A DNA stretch of 63,902 nt, the filler included, from an uncultured bacterium (GTDB taxonomy: Bacteria; DAOPZR01), in NCBI GenBank assembly GCA_964637655.1. It is 4 parts of 4 records of this genome, joined end to end, with 100 filler letters (N's around TTAATTAATTAA, not from the genome) between each part and the next. Parts side by side here need not be neighbours in the genome. Positions count along the whole stretch, not along the records: positions 16,354 to 32,551 come from CAZWUZ010000049.1; positions 32,652 to 48,681 come from CAZWUZ010000050.1; 2 more parts are not named here. The stretch is one strand, 5' to 3'. Positions 30,615-39,818 of this stretch are shown one piece after another. Made by a program: the position numbers and the translations under genes. Every line of letters begins with the position of its first letter. Within the stretch, counting starts at the first letter, position 1. Under the pieces are notes generated by a model. That model worked only from the letters and a program-made list of their open reading frames with translations. It had not been told where the DNA came from and did no database searches.

Positions 30615-31237
30615 GCGCGTTTCACCTCAGTGACGAAATTCTCCAGCAGTTTGAGTCCCGCGTCCTGGCTCTTTTCCGGGTGGAACTGGCAGGCGCAGAC
30701 GTTCCCCTGCCGTACCGCGGCGGCAAAGGGGACACCGTAGTCGCAGGTGCCGATGGCGGCAGCGCTCACCGGAGCGTAGTAGGAGTGGACGAAGTAGAAG
30801 AAGGTGTCCGACGGAATACCGCGCCAGAGGGGATCAATACCGTCATGTGCGACACGGTTCCACCCCATCTGCGGGACGATGAGTTTGCGGCCGTCGGCCG
30901 TCGCGGCAGAAAATCGCGTCACGGTGCCCGGCAGTACGCCGAGTCCCGTTTCACCCGGCGCTTCGTCGCTGGCAGCGTAGAGCACCTGCAGTCCGAGACA
31001 GAGCCCGAGGTAGGGAATCCCCTGCTGCCGTGCGGCGGCGAGAAACTCCACCCAGCCCGCGGCGCGCAGACTCGCCATGGCGGCGGCAAAGTGCCCGACT
31101 CCGGGGAGGACGACCGCGTCGATACCGGAGAGCCCGTCGGGAGGCACACCCTGCACCGACACGCTCGCCCCGACCTTTTCCAGCGCCTTGGCGACCGAGC
31201 GCAGATTCCCCATCCGGTAATCGATCAGCAGGAACAC
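30611..31237 (-). CDS. hisH: Imidazole glycerol phosphate synthase glutaminase subunit
   Basis: GTG start; IDYRMGNLRSV, LPGVG, GLCLGLQ, YFVHSY, QFHPEKS. Confidence 0.95.
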   Translation of the reverse strand: MFLLIDYRMGNLRSVAKALEKVGASVSVQGVPPDGLSGIDAVVLPGVGHFAAAMASLRAAGWVEFLAAARQQGIPYLGLCLGLQVLYAASDEAPGETGLGVLPGTVTRFSAATADGRKLIVPQMGWNRVAHDGIDPLWRGIPSDTFFYFVHSYYAPVSAAAIGTCDYGVPFAAAVRQGNVCACQFHPEKSQDAGLKLLENFVTEVKRA

Positions 31238-31378
31238 CGTCGCACCGTCCGTTTCGCGCTTATTGTAGCACATTCGGGTGCGCCTGCGCCACCGGCCGGC
31301 ACGGTCTCTGACGGATATGCTATACTGCTGTTGTTTCCGTGCTCCAGCCATGTGCAGCGGAAGCCGGAGGAGGGAGCC

Positions 31379-32482
31379 ATGACGCTCCTGCCTGAGACCA
31401 GCACCATCCTGATCATCGACGACGTCCCGGAAAACATGCGCATTCTCGGCTCGGTGCTGGAGCGTGCCGGCTACCAGACCCTGTTTGCCACGTCGGAGGC
31501 CGAGGCGGTGGCGCTGCTCGCCCGGGAGACGCCCGACCTGCTGCTGCTCGATGTGACGCTGGCGGGGATGGATGGCTATGCTGTCTGCCGTCGGCTCAAG
31601 GAACGGCCGGTGACCCGCAACCTGCCGGTGATCTTCATCACCGCGCGCACGGCGGCGGAAGACATCGTTGCGGGGTTTGATGCCGGCGGCGTCGATTACA
31701 TCGCCAAACCGTTCCACGACCGCGAACTGCTCGCCCGGGTCAGGGTGCACCTCGGTCTGCATCGTGCGCAGCAGGTGCTGGCGGCAGCCAATGCGACGAA
31801 AGACCGGTTCATGACCATCGTGGCGCATGACCTGCGCGGTCCAATGGGGACGCTGGCGATGGGTCTCGAACTGCTGCAACAGGCGGGGCAGAGTGAAGCA
31901 CAGCGGCGCGAGTATGCGGGCAAGATGCATGCCAGCGCGCTGCGCCTGATCCGGCTGATGGAGGACCTGCTCGACTGGTCGCGTCTGCAGCGCGAGCAGA
32001 TGACGGTGACCCCGGTGTGTCTCGACCTGACGACGGCGGCGCGGCAGCAGACGGAACTGCTGACGGGGAGCGCTGGCGTCAAGCAGATCGGGGTGACGGT
32101 CAATGAGGCCGCTGTGGCGGTAATGGCGGATGCGGCGATGACCGCGACGATCATCCGCAACCTGCTGGGCAACGCCATCAAGTATGCGCGTCCGGGCGGC
32201 CATGTGGTGATCACCGCGAGCGTGGCCGGCAGCATGGCGGAACTCAGTGTGACGGACGACGGCGTCGGCATGTCTCCGTCGCGCTGCGCGCGACTGTTCG
32301 AACTGGCGGAATTCTCCAGCCGGGCCGGCACGTCCGGTGAGCGCGGCACCGGGCTGGGCCTCATCATGTGCCGCGATTTCGCCCGCCGCAACGGCGGCGA
32401 TCTCACCATCACCAGCGCGGAAGGCGAAGGCACGACCGCAACCCTTACCCTCCCCGCGGTGCCTGTCCCGGCAGTTTGCTGA
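31379..32482 (+). CDS. Hybrid receiver-histidine kinase (REC-HisKA-HATPase)
   Basis: ILIIDDVPEN, LLDV, DYIAKPF, AHDLRGP, NLLGNAIKY, DDGVG, GTGLGL; strong RBS. Confidence 0.92.
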   Translation: MTLLPETSTILIIDDVPENMRILGSVLERAGYQTLFATSEAEAVALLARETPDLLLLDVTLAGMDGYAVCRRLKERPVTRNLPVIFITARTAAEDIVAGFDAGGVDYIAKPFHDRELLARVRVHLGLHRAQQVLAAANATKDRFMTIVAHDLRGPMGTLAMGLELLQQAGQSEAQRREYAGKMHASALRLIRLMEDLLDWSRLQREQMTVTPVCLDLTTAARQQTELLTGSAGVKQIGVTVNEAAVAVMADAAMTATIIRNLLGNAIKYARPGGHVVITASVAGSMAELSVTDDGVGMSPSRCARLFELAEFSSRAGTSGERGTGLGLIMCRDFARRNGGDLTITSAEGEGTTATLTLPAVPVPAVC

Positions 32483-32551
32483 GAAAAATCGCAACGGTTC
32501 AGCCACCCACGCATCTTGCAGAGCGCCCCTGCGGGCCACCCTTACCTCTCC

Positions 32552-32651
32552 NNNNNNNNNNNNNNNNNNNNNNNNNNNNNNNNNNNNNNNNNNNNTTAAT
32601 TAATTAANNNNNNNNNNNNNNNNNNNNNNNNNNNNNNNNNNNNNNNNNNNN
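32552..32651. other. Artificial contig linker
   Basis: N44-TTAATTAATTAA-N44. Confidence 0.97.
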
Positions 32652-33083
32652 GTTGACGGTGAGCAGGCCTTCGGGCGAAACCTGCACAGTGAAATCGGTG
32701 CCGCGCACGCCCAACCAGGCGGTGGCGGTGGCAACGCGGTAGCGCTGCCCGTCGAGCCGCTCGACGCGCGACTGCGCCATTCCTTCGAATACCGTCAGTT
32801 GCACGGCACGGAAACGTTCGCCGTCAAAGCGGCCGTATGAGCGCGGCCCGAGGGTGACCGTTGAGCGGCTGAGCAGGCGCAGGGTGACGGAGGAACTGTC
32901 ACCGGTACGCAACTGCGCGCCGGCGGCAAGCGCCGCGCTGTCGTTCAGCGGCAGCCAGGGTGAGCCGGGGGCAACGCAGACCCGGACATCGCCTGTACGC
33001 GCGATAATCGCGGCGGCATGGGCGTGCGCGGCGAGAAGCAGGCCGAGCCCGGTCAGCAGGAGGAACCGCAGCAGCATAATCAT
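32652..33083 (-). CDS. Exported FecR-domain protein, truncated by contig end
   Basis: Signal peptide ending AHA; LRTGDSS, LGPRS, ATAWLGVRGTDF. Confidence 0.78.
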
Positions 33084-33163
33084 GGGCGGCAGTATATCAC
33101 AGTCATACCCTCTCTGACAGTCGTGCGTGATGGGCAGTTGCTGAAAACGCAAAACGACAGGCA

Positions 33164-33363
33164 TTTTACCGCAGAGGATACAGAGCATATTGAGCACACA
33201 GAGTACGACAACAGCGTTTTACCACGGATCACACGGGGACCACGGAGAAAATATCCGGGAAAAGGTCTCCGCCTGCGGCGAACAAACAGCCAAAACCGGA
33301 ACAACAGCATGACAAGGGGAAAACCCGGAATCTCTCCGTGTACTCTGTGTGCTCCGTGGTGAA
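33164..33363. repeat. CAC(A/G)CAGAG-family inverted-repeat element between divergent genes
   Basis: TTTTACCGCAGAGGATACAGAG..CACACAGAG and TTTTACCACGGA..CACGGAG on the left; CTCCGTGTACTCTGTGTGCTCCGTGGTGAA on the right. Confidence 0.7.
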
Positions 33364-33416
33364 TGCAATTGACTTGCATTGGTGTTCTGTCCCCGAATTC
33401 TGCTATACTTCCCGGC

Positions 33417-34238
33417 ATGACACTGAGGGGAAAACTGATCATCGGGACGGTGGCGGCACTGCTGCTGCTGGGCGGGCTGCTCTGGTGGCAGCCGCCGGCG
33501 GCGCGCGGCAACCGCAAGTACACACCCTCGCTGCTGGCGGGGTTCTCGTTCGGCGTTTTCTGGTTCGGGCTGGGGACCCGGTGGCAGCAGCGGCAGCGGA
33601 CGCTGGCAACGATGCCGGCGCGGCGCATCAGCAAAGCGGCGCGCGGACTGGTGGCGCTGCGCGGGCGCGTGGTGCCCCCCCGCGGCGTACAGTCGGCCCC
33701 GGCGACGGGGCAGCCCTGCGCCTGGTACCGGGTGGGGGTTGACCGCGAGATATTGAGTGCCCGCTATCGCGACTGGAGCGAAGCAGGGGCAGTGACAGCG
33801 CCGGTAGCGCTGCTTATCGAGGACGGGCACGGGCGGGCGCGCATCGACGGCGCACAGCTGGAACTCGACCGCGCGCCGCACTGGATCTCGCCCCCCTGGC
33901 GGGTGCCCGCTATCCCGGCGCACACGCAGGCGACGCTGGCGGAACTGCGGCTGATCGAGAAGAGCGTGCTGGGTACCGGGGAGAACGGGCGGACGCGGGA
34001 ATGGCGGCTGCGTGCGGGAGAGGAAGTCCAGGTCTACGGCACGGCGGTCGACGATCCTGACGGAAGCGCCGACCTGCTGCTGACCGATACGGACGGGGTA
34101 CTCATACTCTCGGCGAAACCGGGGACGGAACTGGCGGACGGACTGCGCGGCAAGGCGCTGGCCGGGCTCTGGGGCGGCGGTGTCATCACGGTGTCAACGG
34201 CGGTGGCGTTGGCACACAACTTCGGGCTGTTCGGATAA
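33417..34238 (+). CDS. Membrane protein with GIDE-like domain
   Basis: Two N-terminal TMs, GLVALRGRV, SAPATGQPCAWY, IEDGHGRARID, REWRL..G..V.VYG, C-terminal TM; TGcTATACT 7 nt before ATG. Confidence 0.6.
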   Translation: MTLRGKLIIGTVAALLLLGGLLWWQPPAARGNRKYTPSLLAGFSFGVFWFGLGTRWQQRQRTLATMPARRISKAARGLVALRGRVVPPRGVQSAPATGQPCAWYRVGVDREILSARYRDWSEAGAVTAPVALLIEDGHGRARIDGAQLELDRAPHWISPPWRVPAIPAHTQATLAELRLIEKSVLGTGENGRTREWRLRAGEEVQVYGTAVDDPDGSADLLLTDTDGVLILSAKPGTELADGLRGKALAGLWGGGVITVSTAVALAHNFGLFG

Positions 34239-34249
34239 AGGAGCAGGAT

Positions 34250-35461
34250 ATGCATTTCGCGATCAAGCCGCTGGGGTCGGCGCTGCACGGCGCGGCGACC
34301 ATGGCCAAACTGACGAAGACCGTGCAGGCGACGGTATCGCGCGCGGCGGGCGCCGTGGTGCCGGTAAGCGACGCGCCCGCACCCGAGGCCATCGTCCTGC
34401 TGGCGGTGCTGACGGGCGGCGCGGAGCGCGCGGGGGTGGCCTACATCCGCGCCGCGCGCCTGCGTTCCGTGGCGCTGCTCTGGCATGACACGCAGAACTC
34501 GCTGCCGGCGGCGCTGGAACTGGCCTCGTGGTGCGCGCAGCAGCGCATTCCCTGCCGCCTGCTCGGGGTCAGCGGGGCGTCGGCACAGCGCGAACTGCGC
34601 GGGGCGCTGCGCACGCTGCGTGCGGCGGAGGAATTCCGCGCGGCGCGGCTCGGGCTCATCGGCGGGGTGTCGGACTGGCTGGTGGGGAGCGGCATCCCGC
34701 GCGCCTTTCTCAAGCGGCAGGGGATGCACCTGCACGACATCCCGCTGCGCGTGCTGGAACATGCCTACCGGCGGCGGCTGCGCGTGAAGGAACACGCGGG
34801 GACGTTTGCGCAGGTGCCGCGCGAGATCGCGCGCGGCGAATGGGAAAAGGCGGAACTGCTGGCGGCGGCGCTGGCGGATGTCGTGGCGCACAAGAAACTC
34901 GACGCGTTCTCCATCCGCTGTTTCGACCTGCTCGGCAGCATCCGGGTGACGGGGTGCCTCGGGCTGAGCGCGCTGCTGTCGCGCGGCATCATCGCGGGGT
35001 GCGAAGGTGACGTGCCGAGCATGCTGACGCTGCTGGCGGCGCAGCGGGTGACGGGCGAAGAGCCGGTGATGCTCAACCCGTCGGCGTACGATCGCGCCGC
35101 GCGGCGGCTGGCGCTGGCGCATTGCACGGCCCCGCTGGGGTGCGTCGAGCCCGCCTCACGCGCGCTGCGCACGCATTTCGAGTCGGACGCCTCGGTGGCG
35201 GTGGCGGGGCGCATGCGCGCGGGGGTCTACACCCTGTGCAAGCTCGGCTTCGACGCTGACGGCGAACTGGCGGGTGTGCTGGCGGTGCGCGGCAAAGCGC
35301 TGCGGCAGCCGCTCTCGGTGCAGCGCTGCCGCGTGCAGCTGACGCTGCAGCTGGACGAACCGCTCGACAATTATCTGCGCCACCCGTACGGCAACCACCT
35401 GGTGGCGGTGCGCGGCGACCACCGCGCGGAACTCAACCACTTCCTGGAACTGATGAGGTGA
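34250..35461 (+). CDS. L-fucose/L-arabinose isomerase-like protein
   Basis: LTGGAE, RLGLIG..SDWL, IRCFDLL, GCEGDVP, AHCTAP, THFES, CRVQ, GNH. Confidence 0.7.
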   Translation: MHFAIKPLGSALHGAATMAKLTKTVQATVSRAAGAVVPVSDAPAPEAIVLLAVLTGGAERAGVAYIRAARLRSVALLWHDTQNSLPAALELASWCAQQRIPCRLLGVSGASAQRELRGALRTLRAAEEFRAARLGLIGGVSDWLVGSGIPRAFLKRQGMHLHDIPLRVLEHAYRRRLRVKEHAGTFAQVPREIARGEWEKAELLAAALADVVAHKKLDAFSIRCFDLLGSIRVTGCLGLSALLSRGIIAGCEGDVPSMLTLLAAQRVTGEEPVMLNPSAYDRAARRLALAHCTAPLGCVEPASRALRTHFESDASVAVAGRMRAGVYTLCKLGFDADGELAGVLAVRGKALRQPLSVQRCRVQLTLQLDEPLDNYLRHPYGNHLVAVRGDHRAELNHFLELMR

Positions 35462-35465
35462 GACC

Positions 35466-36383
35466 ATGTTGACCATGCATATCCGGCCCGACGTGCAGCA
35501 GGCACTGACGTCGGGAGCGCCCGTGCTGGCGCTCGAATCGACCATCATCTCGCACGGACTGCCGTACCCCGACAATGTGGCGTGCGCGCGCACGCTCGAG
35601 CGCATCGCGCGCGAGTGCGGGGTGACCCCGGCGACCATCGCCATCATCGACGGAACGGTTTCCATCGGTATCACCGACGAGGAACTGCTGCGGCTGGCGC
35701 AGAGCGACAACGTCGCCAAGGTGTCGCGCGCTGATATCGCGGCGGTCGTCGCGCAGCGGCGGATGGGGACGACGACGGTGGCGGGGACGATGATCCTCGC
35801 GGCCATGGCGGGAATCCGTTTTTTCGCCACCGGCGGCATCGGCGGCGCGCACCGCGGGGCGGAGTCGACGTTCGACATCTCGGCCGACCTCGAGGAACTG
35901 GCGCGCACCCCGGTGGGAGTGATCTCAGCGGGGGCCAAGGCGATCCTCGATATCCCCAAGACGCTGGAATACCTCGAAACGCGCGGGGTGCCGGTCATCG
36001 GCTACGGCACCGACAGTTTTCCGCTTTTTTATACGCGCAGCAGTTCCTACCGGCTGAATCTGCGCGCGGACGACGCGGCGACGGTGGCGCGCATCGCGCA
36101 GGCGCAGTTCGCCACCCCGCAACTGGCCGGGGGACTGCTCATTGCCAACCCCATCCCGGCGGAGAGCGAACTGCCGCCGGCGTACATCGATGACATCATC
36201 GCGCAGGCGGTGCGCGCGGCGGAGCAGGCGGCGGTGGCGGGCAAGCAGGTGACCCCGTTTTTGCTGGCGCGCATCGCGGAACTGACGGGCAAGAAGAGCA
36301 TCGTTGCCAACCTGGCGCTGATCGAGAACAATGTGCGTGTCGGCTGCGCCATCGCCACAGCCTACGCCGCACTGAAGAGCTGA
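35466..36383 (+). CDS. psuG: Pseudouridine-5'-phosphate glycosidase
   Basis: ALESTIISHGLPYP, PATIA, TTVAGTM, FATGGIGG, DISADL, GAKAILD, TPFLL. Confidence 0.95.
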   Translation: MLTMHIRPDVQQALTSGAPVLALESTIISHGLPYPDNVACARTLERIARECGVTPATIAIIDGTVSIGITDEELLRLAQSDNVAKVSRADIAAVVAQRRMGTTTVAGTMILAAMAGIRFFATGGIGGAHRGAESTFDISADLEELARTPVGVISAGAKAILDIPKTLEYLETRGVPVIGYGTDSFPLFYTRSSSYRLNLRADDAATVARIAQAQFATPQLAGGLLIANPIPAESELPPAYIDDIIAQAVRAAEQAAVAGKQVTPFLLARIAELTGKKSIVANLALIENNVRVGCAIATAYAALKS

Positions 36384-36398
36384 AAGACGGCAACGGCG

Positions 36399-37088
36399 TT
36401 CACCACAGAGCACGCAGAGCACACAGAGAACGGCGGAGGATGAGGGTGGCTCNNNNNNNNNNNNNNNNNNNNNNNNNNNNNNNNNNNNNNNNNNNNNNNN
36501 NNNNNNNNNNNNNNNNNNNNNNNNNNNNNNNNNNNNNNNNNNNNNNNNNNNNGTTCACCACAGAGCACGCAGAGCACACAGAGAACGGCGGAGGATGAGG
36601 GTGGCTCCCGCACGCGGGAGCGAAAGCATAAGGACAGGCGGCAGGATGTCTGAACCGGAGGAATGCATGGAAACGGAAGCCTATCCGGAACGGGAACTGA
36701 CTGAAAAGATTATCGGGGCAGCGATGGAAGTGCATCGCGAAGTCGGCCCGGGACTGCTTGAATCCGCATACGAAGAATGCCTTTGTCTGGAACTCGGTAG
36801 ACGGGGAATGCGGTACTCCCGCCAGGTTCCCCTGGCCTTTACCTATAAAGGGGCGCTAATTGATAACGGGTATCGCCTGGATTTTGTGGTGGAAGACACG
36901 GTTCTGTTGGAATTGAAAGCGGTGGAAAAACTGCTGCCGCTGCATCAGGCACAGTTGCTGACGTACCTCCGCCTCTCCGGTTTGCGGGTGGGAATGCTGA
37001 TCAATTTCAACGAAAAACTGCTTAAAAACGGCATTAGGCGACTGGTACAGTCATAGCGCTCTGCGTGCTCTGTGTGCTCTGTGGTGAA
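36399..37088. mobile_element. Putative element: GxxExxY gene bracketed by 30-bp inverted repeats
   Basis: Left TTCACCACAGAGCACGCAGAGCACACAGAG (36399 and 36554); right inverse 37059-37088, starting 2 nt after the stop. Confidence 0.6.
36646..37056 (+). CDS. GxxExxY protein (PD-(D/E)XK nuclease-like)
   Basis: IIGAAMEVH..GPGLLESAYEECL, RLDFVVE..LLELKAV, AQLLTYL, GMLINF. Confidence 0.93.
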   Translation: MSEPEECMETEAYPERELTEKIIGAAMEVHREVGPGLLESAYEECLCLELGRRGMRYSRQVPLAFTYKGALIDNGYRLDFVVEDTVLLELKAVEKLLPLHQAQLLTYLRLSGLRVGMLINFNEKLLKNGIRRLVQS

Positions 37089-37171
37089 AAAGAAGTTTGA
37101 CCGGAGGGGGCGGGCGGGTGTAGAATACCCTTTCGGCAAATACGGGCGGCAGCCCGCAACGGAGGCAGGCC

Positions 37172-37960
37172 ATGCAATCCCATGAAGTCGACTACGAGAT
37201 CTTCGGTGACGACATGCAGATCGTCGAGGTGGAACTCGACCCGAACGAGACGGTGATCGCGGAAGCGGGGGCGATGAACTACCTCGAGGACGGGATCACC
37301 TTCGAGGCGAAGATGGGTGACGGCTCCGCGGCGAACGAGGGGATCATGGGGGCGCTGCTCAACGTCGGCAAGCGGGTGCTCACCGGCGAATCGATTTTCC
37401 TCACGCACTTCACCAATCGCGGGCAGGGAAAGAAGCGGGTGGCGTTCGCGGCCCCCTATCCGGGCAAAATCATCCCGATGAACCTGGCACAGCTCGGCGG
37501 GGAACTGCTCTGCCAGAAGGATTCGTTCCTCTGCGCGGCACTGGGGACGAATATCGGCATCGCGCTGGCCAAGAAACTGGGCGCGGGCTTCTTCGGCGGC
37601 GAGGGGTTCATCCTGCAGAAACTGCGCGGCGACGGCATGGCGTTCGTCCATGCCGGTGGCACGATCATCAAGAAGGAACTGAATAACCAGTCGCTGCGTA
37701 TCGACACGGGGTGCATCGTCGCGTTCACCCCGGGACTGAACTACGACATCCAGCGCGCGGGAAACCTCAAGTCGATGTTCTTCGGCGGCGAGGGAATGTT
37801 CCTCGCCACGCTGTCGGGGACGGGGACGGCCTGGCTGCAGTCGCTGCCGTTCTCGCGCCTCGCGGACCGGATCATCGCGCACGCGCCGAAAATGGGCGGC
37901 AGCGCCAAGGGTGAGGGGTCGGTGCTCGGCACGGTCGGGCGGATGCTCTCGGGTGACTGA
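37172..37960 (+). CDS. TIGR00266/AIM24 family protein
   Basis: [51 protein letters not shown]. Confidence 0.92.
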   Translation: MQSHEVDYEIFGDDMQIVEVELDPNETVIAEAGAMNYLEDGITFEAKMGDGSAANEGIMGALLNVGKRVLTGESIFLTHFTNRGQGKKRVAFAAPYPGKIIPMNLAQLGGELLCQKDSFLCAALGTNIGIALAKKLGAGFFGGEGFILQKLRGDGMAFVHAGGTIIKKELNNQSLRIDTGCIVAFTPGLNYDIQRAGNLKSMFFGGEGMFLATLSGTGTAWLQSLPFSRLADRIIAHAPKMGGSAKGEGSVLGTVGRMLSGD

Positions 37961-37961
37961 C

Positions 37962-38531
37962 ATGGCCGACTGCGGCATTACGCGTGAGGCGGCGCTGGCG
38001 CTGCTGCGCGAGCACGTGCGCAGTGAAAACATGGTGCGCCACTGCCTGGCGTCGGAGGCGGTGCTGCGCGCGCTGGCGCGGCGATTCGGGGAGGATGAGG
38101 AGCAGTGGGGCCTGGCGGGGCTGCTGCACGATGTCGACGTGGAACTGACCAATGCCGATCTCAGCGTGCACGGCCTGGAAGCGGAGAAACTGCTGGCGGC
38201 GCGCGGCCTCGACCCGGTGATCGTCGAGGCCATCAAGCGGCACAACGAACTGGCGCACAACCTGAAGCGGGAGACGAAACTGCAGCACGCGCTGGCGGCG
38301 GGGGAGACGATTACCGGGCTGATCACGGCGACGGCGCTCGTCTACCCCGACAAAAAACTGGCGTCGGTGAAGGTAAAATCGGTGACCAAGCGGATGAAGG
38401 AAAAGGCGTTTGCGGCGTCGGTCAGCCGCGACATCATCCGCGAATGCGAACTTATCGGACTGCCGCTGGACGAATTCGCCGGGATTGCCTTGTCGGCGAT
38501 GCAGTCGATCAGCGGGGAACTGGGGCTCTGA
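37962..38531 (+). CDS. HDIG/HD-domain metalloprotein
   Basis: RHCLASEAV, WGLAGLLHDVD, H, AIKRH, KRMKEKAFAA. Confidence 0.88.
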   Translation: MADCGITREAALALLREHVRSENMVRHCLASEAVLRALARRFGEDEEQWGLAGLLHDVDVELTNADLSVHGLEAEKLLAARGLDPVIVEAIKRHNELAHNLKRETKLQHALAAGETITGLITATALVYPDKKLASVKVKSVTKRMKEKAFAASVSRDIIRECELIGLPLDEFAGIALSAMQSISGELGL

Positions 38532-38532
38532 C

Positions 38533-39711
38533 ATGCCGGTACGCGAACTGCCGCTCAGCCAGGCGCGCGAAGGACTGATTCTCGGGCGTACGGTGACAGC
38601 GCCGGACGGAACGCTGCTCGCGGAAAAGGGGGCGGTGCTGACGGGGCATCTGCTGCTGCGGCTGGCACAGTGGCGCATCGGCAGCGTGCCGGTCTGGGAG
38701 GATGAGGCGGTCAGCACCCCGCTGGAACTGTACGAGCGGGCGAAACTGACGGCGGAGAAGGTCGTCAAGCTGAACGAAGGACTGAAGCGCGGCGGCGAAC
38801 TGCAGGAGCAGATGACCAGCGTCACGCGGCGCATGCTCGACACGCTGCAGATGAAGCGCGAGATGGACTACCCCGCGGCGAAGGGCGTGGTGGAAAAACT
38901 GCTCGGGGAGGTGATCGGGCAGCCCGAGGTGATGTCAACGCTGCTTACCGTGCGGCATTTCGACACCTACCTGATGAACCACTCGCTGAACGTGAGTGTG
39001 CTGGCGGTGATGACCGGGCATATCATGGGGCTGGCCCAGGAGGAGTTGCGGGTCATCGGTGAGGCGGCGCTGCTGCACGACGTGGGGATGACGATCATCC
39101 CGTCGGTAATCTGGAACAAGAACGCGCCGCTGACGGACAACGAGCGGTTCGAGGTGCAGAAGCACCCGATCTTCTCGGCGGACATCGTCGACAAGATCTA
39201 TGGCATCGATGTCGCGCTGAGCCGCGTGGTCTACCAGCATCACGAGCGCGCGGACGGGAGCGGCTACCCCAAGGGGCTGAGCGGTGGGCGGCTGACGCGC
39301 AACGCGCGCATCCTCGCGGTGGCGGACACTTACGACGCGATGAGCAACCCGCGCCCCTACCGGCAGGCGATCATCCCGCACGAGAGCATCCGGGCGCTGA
39401 TTACGCTGGCGAACACGGCGCTCGATCAGGAGACGGTGCGCGCGTTCATCACCCACATGTCGTTCTACCCGGTGGGGAGCGTGATCCGCCTGTCGAGCGG
39501 GGAACTGGCGGTGGTGGTGCTCGCCAACCGCACCACCCCGCTGCGCCCGCAGGTCAAAATCTGCCAGAACGTGGACGGCAGGTACACGGCGGACGGCCCC
39601 TACCTGAACCTGGCGGTGGATGAGGGGCTGAATATCGCGGAATGCGTGAGCGACCCGGCGGTTATCGCTGACGTGTTGGATACCCTGGCCAAACCGGTGT
39701 CCCCGGCCTGA
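38533..39711 (+). CDS. HD-GYP domain phosphodiesterase
   Basis: HSLNV, LLHDVG, QHHERADGSGYPKG, VADTYDAM, RPYR. Confidence 0.93.
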   Translation: MPVRELPLSQAREGLILGRTVTAPDGTLLAEKGAVLTGHLLLRLAQWRIGSVPVWEDEAVSTPLELYERAKLTAEKVVKLNEGLKRGGELQEQMTSVTRRMLDTLQMKREMDYPAAKGVVEKLLGEVIGQPEVMSTLLTVRHFDTYLMNHSLNVSVLAVMTGHIMGLAQEELRVIGEAALLHDVGMTIIPSVIWNKNAPLTDNERFEVQKHPIFSADIVDKIYGIDVALSRVVYQHHERADGSGYPKGLSGGRLTRNARILAVADTYDAMSNPRPYRQAIIPHESIRALITLANTALDQETVRAFITHMSFYPVGSVIRLSSGELAVVVLANRTTPLRPQVKICQNVDGRYTADGPYLNLAVDEGLNIAECVSDPAVIADVLDTLAKPVSPA

Positions 39712-39725
39712 AAACCGCCCCGTAC

Positions 39726-39754
39726 TTGACAGCGCGGGGAAATCTGTTTATGGT
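39726..39754 (+). promoter_or_regulatory. Sigma70 promoter of the topoisomerase gene
   Basis: TTGACA-N17-TATGGT; AAGGAG RBS before ATG 39819. Confidence 0.6.
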
Positions 39755-39818
39755 ACAGCGCGTTGCGCCATGAATCAGGCGGCGTTGCGTGTGCGTATAT
39801 GCCGCTGAAGGAGCAGGT

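Noticed and set aside
30611-32539. 642-aa ORF suggesting a large HisH fusion
   Set aside because: The N-terminal part is the antisense shadow of the hybrid kinase; HisH motifs begin at GTG 31237.
36398-36607. Identical 55-bp sequence on both sides of a 100-N gap, suggesting a tandem array
   Set aside because: More likely an unmerged scaffold overlap at a repeat; copy number cannot be determined without reads.
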